NCBI GenBank assembly: GCA_944359015.1
Contig: CALVSK010000002.1
Coordinates: 1-56,831, forward strand
Length of the DNA: 56,831 bases
Source of the DNA: an uncultured Bacilli bacterium
GTDB lineage: Bacteria > Bacillota_I > Bacilli_A > RF39 > UBA660
Direction: 5' to 3'
Position numbers and translations under genes: made by a program. This document shows, in pieces, positions 32,804-42,550 of this stretch. Under the pieces are notes generated by a model. It saw nothing but the letters and a program-made list of their open reading frames with translations, had not been told where the DNA came from and ran no database searches. The first letter of the stretch is position 1, and every line of letters begins with the position of its first letter.

Positions 32804-35431
32804 TTAATTTCTTTTTTGGCGTATTGCGGCTTGAGCAGCAGCAAGTCTTGCTATTGGAACTCTAAATGGTGAACATGATACATAGTTAAATCCTAAAGAT
32901 TCACAAAAAGCTATACTTGATGGGTCTCCCCCATGTTCTCCACAAATACCTAAACTAATATTTTTGTTTACGCTTCGACCTTTTTCACTAGCCATTTTCA
33001 TAAGCAAACCAACTCCTTCAGTGTCAACTTTTGCAAATGGGTCTGATTCAAAAATTCCTTTTTCATAGTAAGAATCTAAGAATTTACCAGCATCATCACG
33101 GCTAAAGCCATAAGTCATTTGTGTTAAATCGTTTGTTCCAAAACTAAAGAAGTCTGCTTCTGTTGCTATTTTATCAGCAAGTAGGGCTGCTCTTGGAATT
33201 TCAATCATTGTTCCTACTTCATATTTTAAATCAATATTTGCTTCTTTAATTATTTCATCTGCAGTACTTACGACAATTTCTTTAACATATTTTAATTCAT
33301 TTATATCACCAACTAATGGTATCATTATTTCTGGTGTAACATTTATACCCTTTTTATTTACATTTATTGCTGCTTCTATAACTGCTCTAGTTTGCATTTT
33401 AGCAATTTCTGGATATGTTATTGCTAATCGACATCCACGATGTCCCATCATTGGGTTAAATTCTTTTAATGAATCGATAATATGATGTAATTCTTCAACA
33501 CTTTTTCCTAAATCATCAGCTAATTCTTTAATTTCATGTGGTAACTTAGGTAAAAATTCATGTAAAGGTGGGTCTAAATATCTGATAACAACACTGTATG
33601 GGGCCATTGCTTCATATAATTCTTCAAAATCTTTTCTTTGGTATGGTAGGATATTTTCTAATGCTTTTTCTCTTTCTTCTACAGTTGTAGCACAAATCAT
33701 TTTTCTAAAATTAAAGATTCTATCACGTTCAAAAAACATATGTTCCGTTCTACATAAACCAATTCCTTCAGCACCAAATTCTTTTGCTTGTTTTGCATCT
33801 CTTGGAGTATCAGCATTTGTTCTAATTTTTAAATTTCTAGCTTCATCAGCCCAAGACATAAATGTTTTGAAATCTCCACTTATTGATGCTTCTTGCATTT
33901 CTAATTTTCCATCATATACTAATCCAGTAGAACCATCAATTGATAAGTAATCTCCTTCTTTATATACTTTACCAGATGCAGTTGTTAATGTTTTTTCTTC
34001 TTCATTTATTTTAAATGAACCAACACCAGATACACAACAAATTCCCATTCCACGAGCTACTACTGCTGCATGACTAGTCATTCCACCACGAATGGTTAAA
34101 ACTCCTTTACTAGAATTCATTCCTTCAATATCTTCTGGAGATGTTTCAAGTCTTACTAGTATTGCATCAATTCCATTTTCTTTAGCTTTAATTACATCTG
34201 CTGCAGTAAAATAAATTTTACCTGTTCCTGCTCCAGGTGATGCAGCTAATCCTCTACCTATAACTTCCCCTGCTTTTATTGCTTCTTGAGTAAATGTTGG
34301 ATGTAATAATGCATCTAATTGTTTTGGTTCAACCATTAATACAGCATCTTCTTTACTTATTTTTCCTTCATTTACTAAATCTACTGCTATTTTTACTGCT
34401 GCAGATGCAGTTCTTTTACCATTTCTTGTTTGAAGAATAAATAATTTACCATTTTCAATTGTAAATTCCATATCTTGCATATCATTATAATGATTTTCTA
34501 GTCTTTGAGCAATATTTGCAAATTGTTCATAAACTTCAGGCATTTCTGTTTTTAATGTTTCAATTTCTGATGGTGTTCTAATACCAGCAACTACATCTTC
34601 TCCTTGAGCATTAATTAAGTATTCACCAAATAATTTCTTTTCTCCAGTTGCTGGATTTCTAGTGAAGGCAACTCCTGTTCCAGATGTATTTCCACTATTA
34701 CCATAAACCATTTCTTGAACGTTTACTGCAGTTCCCCAAGATGATGGAATATCATTTATTCTACGATAATAGATTGCTCTTTCATTATTCCAACTTCTAA
34801 ATACTGCTTTTACTGCTTCAATTAATTGAGTAAAAGGTTCTTGTGGAAATTCTTCTCCAGCAAATTCTTTATATACTTCTTTAAATCTATTTACAAGATT
34901 TACCATATCGTTTTCATCTAAATCAATGTCATCTTTTACACCTTTTTGTTCTTTGATTTCATCAATTATTGTTTCAAATTTGCTTTTGGAATATCCTTTA
35001 ACTACATCAGCAAACATTTGAATAAAACGACGATATGAATCATATACAAATCTTTTATTATTGATTTTTTTAGCAAAAGATTCTGCTATTTCATCATTTA
35101 ATCCTAGATTTAATACTGTATCCATCATTCCAGGCATACTAGCTCTTGCTCCACTTCGAACACTAACTAAAAGTGGGTTATCTAAATCTCCAAATTTCTT
35201 TCCTGTTTTTTCTTCTAATTTTGTAAGATTTTCTTTTATTTCAGATATTATTGAATCTGCTAAAACCTTACCATCATCGTAATATTTGTTACAAGCTTCT
35301 GTTGTAACTGTAAATCCACTAGGTACTGGTAATCCAATATTAGTCATTTCTGCTAAATTAGCTCCTTTGCCACCTAGAAGATTTCTCATGTCTTTGTTTC
35401 CTTCATTAAACAAATATACATATTTTTCCAT
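32804..35431 (-). CDS. ppdK: Pyruvate, phosphate dikinase
   Basis: 875 aa with an N-terminal ATP-grasp (GGKGANLAEM), the phosphohistidine motif GGMTSHAAVVARG and a C-terminal PEP-utilising TIM barrel (GTNDLTQ). Confidence 0.93.
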   Translation of the reverse strand: MEKYVYLFNEGNKDMRNLLGGKGANLAEMTNIGLPVPSGFTVTTEACNKYYDDGKVLADSIISEIKENLTKLEEKTGKKFGDLDNPLLVSVRSGARASMPGMMDTVLNLGLNDEIAESFAKKINNKRFVYDSYRRFIQMFADVVKGYSKSKFETIIDEIKEQKGVKDDIDLDENDMVNLVNRFKEVYKEFAGEEFPQEPFTQLIEAVKAVFRSWNNERAIYYRRINDIPSSWGTAVNVQEMVYGNSGNTSGTGVAFTRNPATGEKKLFGEYLINAQGEDVVAGIRTPSEIETLKTEMPEVYEQFANIAQRLENHYNDMQDMEFTIENGKLFILQTRNGKRTASAAVKIAVDLVNEGKISKEDAVLMVEPKQLDALLHPTFTQEAIKAGEVIGRGLAASPGAGTGKIYFTAADVIKAKENGIDAILVRLETSPEDIEGMNSSKGVLTIRGGMTSHAAVVARGMGICCVSGVGSFKINEEEKTLTTASGKVYKEGDYLSIDGSTGLVYDGKLEMQEASISGDFKTFMSWADEARNLKIRTNADTPRDAKQAKEFGAEGIGLCRTEHMFFERDRIFNFRKMICATTVEEREKALENILPYQRKDFEELYEAMAPYSVVIRYLDPPLHEFLPKLPHEIKELADDLGKSVEELHHIIDSLKEFNPMMGHRGCRLAITYPEIAKMQTRAVIEAAINVNKKGINVTPEIMIPLVGDINELKYVKEIVVSTADEIIKEANIDLKYEVGTMIEIPRAALLADKIATEADFFSFGTNDLTQMTYGFSRDDAGKFLDSYYEKGIFESDPFAKVDTEGVGLLMKMASEKGRSVNKNISLGICGEHGGDPSSIAFCESLGFNYVSCSPFRVPIARLAAAQAAIRQKRN

Positions 35432-35510
35432 AAAAAATCCTCCGTATCTATTTTAGCATATACGTTTATTTATTTTCAATTAAAAAAAGAAGGTTTTTCA
35501 CTTTCTTTAC

Positions 35511-35918
35511 TTAAAATGATGCATAAATCATATTATTCTCTAAATATATTTTAACTTGCATATCATTAACTATATAATTTGTATCATCTTCATTTAATGT
35601 ATCATTTGTCATTATTTTATTTCCTGAGGCATCTGTTTCATCTGTTGTTATATAATTTTCATTTATTAATTCTCCAACAGTTTTTATAATACATTTAGTT
35701 TTAGTTGCACCATCTACAGTACAACTACCACTTAATTTATTTTTATTATCTTCTCCATAGTGTTTTGCACCATTTATTATCAATTCTTCTTTCGATTGCC
35801 ATAAATTTTTATTTATATTTTTTTGAACTCCAGTAACACTTACAAAGCCAATCACTGTTATGATTGCTATTAATACTATTACTGCCATTAATTCTACTAG
35901 CGTAAAACCATTTTTCAT
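35511..35918 (-). CDS. Prepilin-type N-terminal cleavage/methylation domain protein (type IV pilin or pseudopilin)
   Basis: The 135-aa protein begins MKNG/FTLVELMAVIVLIAIITVIGF, a class III signal peptide with Glu at +5. Confidence 0.85.
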   Translation of the reverse strand: MKNGFTLVELMAVIVLIAIITVIGFVSVTGVQKNINKNLWQSKEELIINGAKHYGEDNKNKLSGSCTVDGATKTKCIIKTVGELINENYITTDETDASGNKIMTNDTLNEDDTNYIVNDMQVKIYLENNMIYASF

Positions 35919-35925
35919 AAGTCAC

Positions 35926-36483
35926 CTACTTCATTAATAATTTTAATGCTTCTTTTACTTGTTCTTCTAAAGTATTACTCTTATTTACTTGACCAATTAC
36001 TTTTCTTATTTCATTATTTTTATAGCCTAATGCCACTAAAGTATCAATTAAATCTTCAGTTTCATCAGTTTCTATTTCTTCACATATTTCTATATTTATT
36101 TTACCTTTTAAATCTAAAATTATTTGTCTTGCTAATTTATCACCAATTTTAGGAAATTTAGTTAAATATAATGTATTTTCTCTATCTATTGCATCTACTA
36201 TACCTGCAATAGAACCAGTTGCAAGTATTGGAAGGGCAAGTTTAGCACCAAGACCTTTAACACTGATTAATTTTAAAAATAGTTCATATTCTTCTTTAGT
36301 TTTAAAACCATATAAACTATATTCATCTTCACTTATTTTATTATATACATATACTTTATATTCATTATTTAAAACATAACTAAAAGGATTAGGTACATAT
36401 ATTAAGTAACCAATCCCATTACATTCCAATACTATATTATTACTATTTATTTCACTAACTTTTCCAATTATATAACTATACAT
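35926..36483 (-). CDS. ruvA: Holliday junction DNA helicase subunit RuvA
   Basis: 185 aa beginning MYSYIIGKV...IVLECNGIGY (OB domain), with HhH motifs (L.SVKGLGAKLAL) and a C-terminal domain III. Confidence 0.88.
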   Translation of the reverse strand: MYSYIIGKVSEINSNNIVLECNGIGYLIYVPNPFSYVLNNEYKVYVYNKISEDEYSLYGFKTKEEYELFLKLISVKGLGAKLALPILATGSIAGIVDAIDRENTLYLTKFPKIGDKLARQIILDLKGKINIEICEEIETDETEDLIDTLVALGYKNNEIRKVIGQVNKSNTLEEQVKEALKLLMK

Positions 36484-36497
36484 ACAATCTCCCTAAA

Positions 36498-36652
36498 TTT
36501 ATGTTGATAACTCGCGACCCTCGCCGTTTTATAGGCGGCGAGGGCTTTGGTTTTTCCCTTTAACTTATTCTATACGGATTATTCTCAGTTCCATCTCCGC
36601 TAACATATGTGACATTAGAGTTTAGATAAAAGACTGGTCTGGCCGAATAGCC
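36498..36652 (-). repeat. P3 copy of the shared 3' module
   Basis: See 13911-14066. Confidence 0.85.
36518..36544. other. GC-rich 9-bp-stem hairpin downstream of P3
   Basis: CCCTCGCCG-TTTTATAGG-CGGCGAGGG. The stems are identical to the P2 copy and the loop differs. Confidence 0.8.
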
Positions 36653-38020
36653 GTTGCTCGCGTTGCTGATGTTCAAGTTGCCGTCGTGGTACAGAAGAAA
36701 CGCGCTATAACTGTTCGACGAATACGAAGTAACTGTCCATTCAAGATTACCTAAATATAGCCAATTTGTACTTCTAACTGAATAATAATTCGATAGTGCT
36801 GTTGTCCAATTACTATTACTTGCTGCAAAGCCAAAGTCGCTTACGTACATTAATCCTATTTTCATACTATCTGTTGTACTACTTGAACTACTTCCTACTT
36901 CTATATCATAATATTGTTTTGCTGTATTTGTGTCACTCCAAGCCATTTCTCCGACTTTCCAGGTATGTGTTGCTATTTTGTTTTGCCATGTTGCACTTAA
37001 TGTACTGTAATATGTTGTATTTAATGTACTTCTTATTGTTGAACTACTCCATGTATTACTACTTCCACTATCCCACGCATAACCCCCAATATCCGACAAG
37101 TTCATATTACCGCTGTATGTCCCAGTATCACCAATAAAATTTTCATAATTATCTATAGCTCCATATTCTGTGGACAAATAATCTGCTTTTATTAATTTTA
37201 CTTCATCATCAAATACTCCAATTATGCGATATAAATTATCATTTGGACAAGTTTCTTCATCTGAACCAAAACATACATAATTATTTGGGTCTGCTCCTGC
37301 ATATCTGTAACTATTATCTTCTGCACTATTTGCTAAACTTGAGTCGTGATAATAAAGTCCATTTTCTCCACCACCATATGTGCTTATTATATATTCTGAA
37401 AATGTACCTTCTCTATCATATGATTTAACAGCGACACCGGCATTAAATGTTTTATTCATAGTGGATGCATCAGTTACAGATTCATCTACATATAAATATA
37501 AATCATAAGTTGATTCACCTTTTAAGGGTATGGAATCATTGTATAATTTATAAATAGTTGAAAAAGTTCCATTTATTCCATTGTTATATTGTGTTTGTTC
37601 TTCAGCTGTAAATTCACTTATAGCATTTGTGGCATTAGATAAAATTCCTTCTGTTAAAATATCTTTAGAGTTATTTTTAGTTATTATATAATGAATATTT
37701 GATGCATCTAAAGTATTTGTATTTAAAGTAGCTAAATAAAGATTAAATCCTACATAATTTTCACATGAACTTGTTACAGTGAATGTATATGGTGTAGTTT
37801 GTAATGCTTTATTCTTGCTCATAGGATATGTATTATTTAAATCTATTGATACATCTGTATCTTCTAATGTTATTTTGGCACAACTTTGTAGTGTTACTTC
37901 TGTTACTGATTCTGTATCTATACCTGGCCTCATAAAAGAGTAAGTAACTCCTAAAACTATTGTTATAATTATTAATACTGAAATGATACTTAATAGTATA
38001 ATTCTTGTTCTTGGTTTCAT
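36560..38020 (-). CDS. Membrane-anchored surface protein, paralog P3, with a C-terminal hypervariable (DGR-VR-like) patch
   Basis: 486 aa with TM segment IILLSIISVLIIITIVLGV and a unique beta-rich N-terminal half. The C-terminal half is homologous to P1 and P2, with stretches of near-identical DNA to P2. Confidence 0.85.
   Translation of the reverse strand: MKPRTRIILLSIISVLIIITIVLGVTYSFMRPGIDTESVTEVTLQSCAKITLEDTDVSIDLNNTYPMSKNKALQTTPYTFTVTSSCENYVGFNLYLATLNTNTLDASNIHYIITKNNSKDILTEGILSNATNAISEFTAEEQTQYNNGINGTFSTIYKLYNDSIPLKGESTYDLYLYVDESVTDASTMNKTFNAGVAVKSYDREGTFSEYIISTYGGGENGLYYHDSSLANSAEDNSYRYAGADPNNYVCFGSDEETCPNDNLYRIIGVFDDEVKLIKADYLSTEYGAIDNYENFIGDTGTYSGNMNLSDIGGYAWDSGSSNTWSSSTIRSTLNTTYYSTLSATWQNKIATHTWKVGEMAWSDTNTAKQYYDIEVGSSSSSTTDSMKIGLMYVSDFGFAASNSNWTTALSNYYSVRSTNWLYLGNLEWTVTSYSSNSYSAFLLYHDGNLNISNASNGYSARPVFYLNSNVTYVSGDGTENNPYRIS
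36653..36733 (-). other. Candidate variable region (VR) of P3
   Basis: The coding strand reads gtt act tcg tat tcg tcg aac agt tat agc gcg ttt ctt ctg tac cac gac ggc aac ttg aac atc agc aac gcg agc aac. Confidence 0.6.
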
Positions 38021-38116
38021 ATCATCACCTATAATATGATGATAACATTAATTTGTGCTTTTTTCAATTATTATTGCAAAAATTAATGTAAAATAAAAAT
38101 TAGTATTTTGTTTTTA

Positions 38117-39400
38117 CTAATCTTTATTATATTCATCATCTTTAAAAGTAAACATATAATCAAGTATTTGAACTTCATCGCCAGGTTTAGCACCTAATCT
38201 TGTAAGTTCATCTTCTATACCCATACCTTTAAATTTTCTTGCAAATCTTAAAACTCCTTCATCTTCATTAAATTTTGTCATTTTTAATAAAGTTTCTATT
38301 TCTTTACCACTTACAACCCAGATATTTCCATCTTTTTTAATATTAAATGGTTTTATATCTTCATATTTATAAAGTTTATATTCACTTTCTTCATATAGTT
38401 TTACTTCTGGTAATGTATCAAGAATATCAGCTAATTTAATTATTAATTTATCAATACCTTCGTTATTCATACAACTAATAGGGATTATTTCTAAATTTGG
38501 ATATTCATTTTTAAAAATTTCTAAATTTTTTGTAGCATTTTCTAAATCCATTTTGTTTGCAATAATTATTTCTTTTTTATTTTTTAATATATCATTATAA
38601 GTTTCAATTTCTTTTCTTATTATTTTATAGTCATTTACTGTGTTTCTTCCTTCTTCACTACCCATATCTATAACATGAGCAAGTATTTTAGTACGCATTG
38701 CATGTTTTAAAAATTCAGTCCCTAAACCTACTCCTTTACTAGCCCCTTCAATTAAACCCGGTAAATCAGCCATAATAAAAGAACGCCTATCTTTTAGTTT
38801 TACAACACCTAAATTTGGAGAAAGTGTTGTAAAGTGATATGCTGCTATTTTAGGTTGAGCTGATGATATTATTGATAATAATGTAGATTTTCCAACACTA
38901 GGCATACCAACTAAACCAACATCTGCTAGCACTTTTAATTCTAAACGTACTATTTTTTCTTCTCCTGGTTCACCATTTTCACTAAATTTTGGTGCTGGTA
39001 GATTATGAGTTGCAAAAGATTTATTACCTTTGCCGCCCCTACCACCTTTAGCAACTACTATTTCTTCATCATAATTTATTAAATCTGCTATAATTTCATT
39101 AGTATTTGCATCATAAATTGTAGTTCCTGCTGGTACTTTTATAATTATATCTTCAGCATTTTTTCCATATTTATTAGAACCTTTGCCGTTTTCACCTTTA
39201 TCAGCCTTAATTATTTTTTTATAACTTAAATCAATTAAAGTTTTTAAATTTTTATCGACCTTAAAAATTATGCTGGCACCTTTACCACCATTTCCTCCAT
39301 CTGGTCCACCCATAGGAACAAATTTTTCTCTTCTAAATGATGTACATCCATCCCCACCAGCACCTGCTATTAATTTAATAGTTAATTCATCTACAAACAT
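38117..39400 (-). CDS. obg: GTPase Obg/CgtA
   Basis: The track ORF runs to 39409. AGGTG followed 6 nt later by ATG at 39400 (MFVDE...) is the canonical Obg start. Features are the Gly-rich Obg fold (GGDGG.GG.GG), the G1 motif GMPSVGKST and a C-terminal OCT domain. Confidence 0.92.
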   Translation of the reverse strand: MFVDELTIKLIAGAGGDGCTSFRREKFVPMGGPDGGNGGKGASIIFKVDKNLKTLIDLSYKKIIKADKGENGKGSNKYGKNAEDIIIKVPAGTTIYDANTNEIIADLINYDEEIVVAKGGRGGKGNKSFATHNLPAPKFSENGEPGEEKIVRLELKVLADVGLVGMPSVGKSTLLSIISSAQPKIAAYHFTTLSPNLGVVKLKDRRSFIMADLPGLIEGASKGVGLGTEFLKHAMRTKILAHVIDMGSEEGRNTVNDYKIIRKEIETYNDILKNKKEIIIANKMDLENATKNLEIFKNEYPNLEIIPISCMNNEGIDKLIIKLADILDTLPEVKLYEESEYKLYKYEDIKPFNIKKDGNIWVVSGKEIETLLKMTKFNEDEGVLRFARKFKGMGIEDELTRLGAKPGDEVQILDYMFTFKDDEYNKD

Positions 39401-39500
39401 GTAAATCACCTAAATTTATTGTAACATAAGAGAATATAAAAAACAAATGGCATTTACGGAATATATTTTATCGTGTTATAATTATTTTGGATGTGATAGT

Positions 39501-40139
39501 ATGGAATATAATGTAGTTAAAAATGCTGATGAAATATTAAAAAATAGTAATTATTTTGTAAATGTTCCAGCAAAATATAAAAATAAATGGAATGATTTTT
39601 TTAGTAATCATAACCCTATCTATTTAGAACTTGGCTCTGGCCGTGGAGAATTTATTATTAAAATGGCTAAAAAGTTTCCTAATATTAATTTTATTGCTTT
39701 AGAATTAAATAAATCTCAACTTGCTACTGCTGCTAAAAGATTGGAAAATGAAAACTTAAGTAATTTAAAACTAATTAATGATGATGCCAGAAATATTACT
39801 AAAATATTTGGTAAAGAAATTAATACTATTTATTTAACTTTTTCTGAACCTTGGCCAAAAAAAAGAGATGAAAAGGAACGTTTTACTCATGAATCATATT
39901 TAAAATTATATGACCAAATTTTTAAAAAAGATAAACACATAATTATGAAAACTGATAATAAAGGGCTTTTTGCTTATTCTTTACAAACTTTATCGCAATA
40001 TTGGTACATTTTTGATTGTGTTAGCCTAGATTTACATAATGATGAGCGAAATATATCTAATATTATGACTGATTTTGAAATACAATATTTTAAAGAAAAA
40101 AGGCCAATATATTATTTAGATGCTTATTTTAAAAATTAG
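39501..40139 (+). CDS. trmB: tRNA (guanine-N7)-methyltransferase
   Basis: The track ORF starts at 39447. A TGTTATAAT promoter lies inside it, so ATG at 39501 (MEYNVV...) is the likely start, giving 212 aa. Motifs are LELGSGRGEF (SAM binding) and FSEPWPKKR. Confidence 0.85.
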   Translation: MEYNVVKNADEILKNSNYFVNVPAKYKNKWNDFFSNHNPIYLELGSGRGEFIIKMAKKFPNINFIALELNKSQLATAAKRLENENLSNLKLINDDARNITKIFGKEINTIYLTFSEPWPKKRDEKERFTHESYLKLYDQIFKKDKHIIMKTDNKGLFAYSLQTLSQYWYIFDCVSLDLHNDERNISNIMTDFEIQYFKEKRPIYYLDAYFKN

Positions 40140-40157
40140 AACTTTATATTTATATAT

Positions 40158-40193
40158 AAAACAATATGGTAATTTTTAAATATTGTTTTTTTG
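40158..40193 (+). terminator. Terminator after trmB
   Basis: AAAACAATAT-N12-ATATTGTTTT followed by a T-run. Confidence 0.65.
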
Positions 40194-40202
40194 TATTTTA
40201 AA

Positions 40203-40230
40203 TAATTAAAAAAGCATTTACTTTATGCTT
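40203..40230 (-). terminator. Terminator after rpmA
   Basis: On the minus strand AAGCAT-N7-ATGCTT is followed by TTTTTT. The hairpin overlaps the stop codon. Confidence 0.55.
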
Positions 40231-40498
40231 CGTAAACGCTTACCTTTTTTCTATTTTTACCAGTTCTTTCATATTTAACTACACCAGCAATTTTTGCAAA
40301 TAATGTATGGTCTTTACCCATACCTACATTTGTACCTGGATAAATCTTAGTTCCTCTTTGACGATAAATAATTGAACCTGCACTTACTACTTGTCCATCG
40401 CTTGCTTTAGCACCTAAACGACGTCCTGCAGAATCACGACCATTTTTCGTAGAACCTTGAGCTTTAACATGAGCAAATAACTGAATATTTAACTTCAT
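40223..40498 (-). CDS. rpmA: 50S ribosomal protein L27 with a Prp-cleaved N-terminal extension
   Basis: [23 protein letters not shown]. The start overlaps the prp stop (TAATG). The track start at 40507 is probably 3 codons too far upstream. Confidence 0.9.
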   Translation of the reverse strand: MKLNIQLFAHVKAQGSTKNGRDSAGRRLGAKASDGQVVSAGSIIYRQRGTKIYPGTNVGMGKDHTLFAKIAGVVKYERTGKNRKKVSVYEA

Positions 40499-40806
40499 TA
40501 ATTCCATAGTTCTTCCTCCTTAATAATTTTTATATTTTTTTTATAAGTTTTTGCTAGTTCTTCTAAAAGTTCTAGCATATTTTCAATTATTTTTTTTGTT
40601 TGTTCATCATCTTCTATAACATTAATAGTAAATTTGTCTTTTTCTTCTTTATAATTAATAGATTTGCTATTAAATTTTAACGCTAAATTAACGCTTGTAG
40701 TTACAATTGCTGATGCACTAGCGCATATTATATCTTTACCATAATCAGCATAATCAGCATGACCTTTAACTACAATTTTTTTATTGCTAATATCTACCTT
40801 TATCAT
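40498..40806 (-). CDS. prp: Ribosomal-processing cysteine protease Prp (YsxB-like)
   Basis: 102 aa lying between rplU and rpmA, with [17 protein letters not shown] carrying the His/Cys dyad. Confidence 0.85.
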   Translation of the reverse strand: MIKVDISNKKIVVKGHADYADYGKDIICASASAIVTTSVNLALKFNSKSINYKEEKDKFTINVIEDDEQTKKIIENMLELLEELAKTYKKNIKIIKEEELWN

Positions 40807-41102
40807 TAACCAATTTTTTTAACTACTAATTTAGTATATGGTTGACGATGACCTTGAGTCTTTCTAAATTTTTTCTTAGGTCTGTATTTAAACACTTTTA
40901 TTTTCTTATTTTTTCCATGTTTTTCTACAGTACATACTACACTTACACCTTCAACATATGGGTTTCCAGCAACACCATTAGCAAATAATACTTGATTAAA
41001 TGTAATATCACTTCCTACTTCTGCATCTAATTTTTCAACATAAATTTCATCTCCAACAGATACATAATATTGCTTTCCACCTGTTTCAAATATAGCTTTC
41101 AT
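40806..41102 (-). CDS. rplU: 50S ribosomal protein L21
   Basis: 98 aa beginning [20 protein letters not shown], with the C-terminal [19 protein letters not shown]. Confidence 0.92.
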   Translation of the reverse strand: MKAIFETGGKQYYVSVGDEIYVEKLDAEVGSDITFNQVLFANGVAGNPYVEGVSVVCTVEKHGKNKKIKVFKYRPKKKFRKTQGHRQPYTKLVVKKIG

Positions 41103-41222
41103 TTCATACCTCCTTATTTTTGAAGTCGCGCCTTTAAGGTACTTATTTAATAAGTTTATTAACCTTTTTAGTGCGGTTTTTTAAGAAATTACTTAAAGAA
41201 CATTTCAATTTTACCAAATAAA

Positions 41223-41966
41223 CTATACTTTGTCAAACAATTTACCAAGTTTTTGTTTTTCACTTACTACTTTATTATTTTCTTTAAAATATTGATATGT
41301 ATCTATTTTTAAAATATCTAAATTACCTTCTTTTGTATTTAAATACTTAAATTCATATTTATTTAAGTATCTTTCAAGTAAAAATCTATTAAACAAATAA
41401 TGATAATTTTTATAAGCATAATATGTTTTAACAATTAAAAGACCAACTATTAAATAATTATTTAAAGAATAATAATAGTTTGAAAATATATAGAGTATTA
41501 TTCCTACTATCGATATTGTTAAATATATATAATACGATTTCTTATATGAAAAAAGTTTATTTAGTATACTATTTAAAATTACACTTCCATCTAATGGGAT
41601 TATTGGTAAAATGTTAAAAAATATTATACTCATATTATACTTTAATAGTATATTTTCTGTATATGCACTTATTGGTAAATATTTGATAACAATTAGCAAT
41701 ATTAACTGAAATATTATTCCTCCACTTGCTATTAAAATTTCTTTGTTGGTTGATGTATTGATATCTTTTTCTATTTTAGTAATTCCCCCGAAAGGAAAAA
41801 TTTCAATTTTTTTTACTTTATATTTTAATATTTTAATAAAAAATACATGACCTAATTCATGAATTAAAATTATTAAAAATATACATAGACCAATTTTTAA
41901 ATAACCACATAAAAATAATATAAATAAAAAATATATTGTTAAAAAATTAACTTTGATAATCTTCAT
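41223..41966 (-). CDS. M50 site-2 metalloprotease (SpoIVFB-like)
   Basis: 247 aa, multi-TM, with HELGH (IHELGHVFF) and NILPIIPLDG motifs. Confidence 0.8.
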   Translation of the reverse strand: MKIIKVNFLTIYFLFILFLCGYLKIGLCIFLIILIHELGHVFFIKILKYKVKKIEIFPFGGITKIEKDINTSTNKEILIASGGIIFQLILLIVIKYLPISAYTENILLKYNMSIIFFNILPIIPLDGSVILNSILNKLFSYKKSYYIYLTISIVGIILYIFSNYYYSLNNYLIVGLLIVKTYYAYKNYHYLFNRFLLERYLNKYEFKYLNTKEGNLDILKIDTYQYFKENNKVVSEKQKLGKLFDKV

Positions 41967-42546
41967 ATTTTATAAATTCATTATCTTTTTTTATAACTAA
42001 ATATAAATACTCATCTTTAGTTTCTCCAATAATTGTTTCAGCTTCAATGTAATCATATAAATTTACTGCTATATTTTCTAAATTTCCATACCATATATCT
42101 ACTCCATCAACCCCTTGAACTATAACAGTATTACCGTAATCATCTTTTGTTCCACTATATACCACAATCCCACTACTTATATTATTAACTAAAGATTTAT
42201 TATTAACTGTTAAACGTTCGCCATCTTTGTAATCTTCTATATTTTTATATACTAATTTTCCATTAAATACTGTTTTTGTCCCATCTTCTTTAGGAAGAAC
42301 TTCTCCAAATAACTCTTCATACCAACCCTTTAATTTAGTAAAAGGTAATGATTCAGTAAATACATATTGTTTATATAAAAGTAAATTGTTATCACTGTAA
42401 TTAGTAAATATTAAACTTATTAAAAAAAATATAATCGCTAATAACATTTTAGTTATATACTTACTTATATTTTTATTTATCTTCTTTTTTTCAAAATTTT
42501 TAAAATTCTTTTTTTTGTTTTTAAATGAAGCTAGATATTCATCCAT
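41947..42546 (-). CDS. M23/LytM-domain membrane protein (SpoIVFA-like position)
   Basis: 199 aa with one TM segment. The C-terminus reads GIVVYSGTKDDYGNTVIVQGVDGVDIWYGNL......Y..I......IGE. Confidence 0.65.
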   Translation of the reverse strand: MDEYLASFKNKKKNFKNFEKKKINKNISKYITKMLLAIIFFLISLIFTNYSDNNLLLYKQYVFTESLPFTKLKGWYEELFGEVLPKEDGTKTVFNGKLVYKNIEDYKDGERLTVNNKSLVNNISSGIVVYSGTKDDYGNTVIVQGVDGVDIWYGNLENIAVNLYDYIEAETIIGETKDEYLYLVIKKDNEFIKYEDYQS

Positions 42547-42550
42547 ACCA

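Noticed and set aside
41103-41222. An L21 ribosomal-protein leader RNA upstream of rplU
   Set aside because: A nested hairpin (AAGGT..ACTTATT-A-AATAAGT-ACCTT) is present. I cannot match it to the family consensus from memory, and it needs an Infernal scan.
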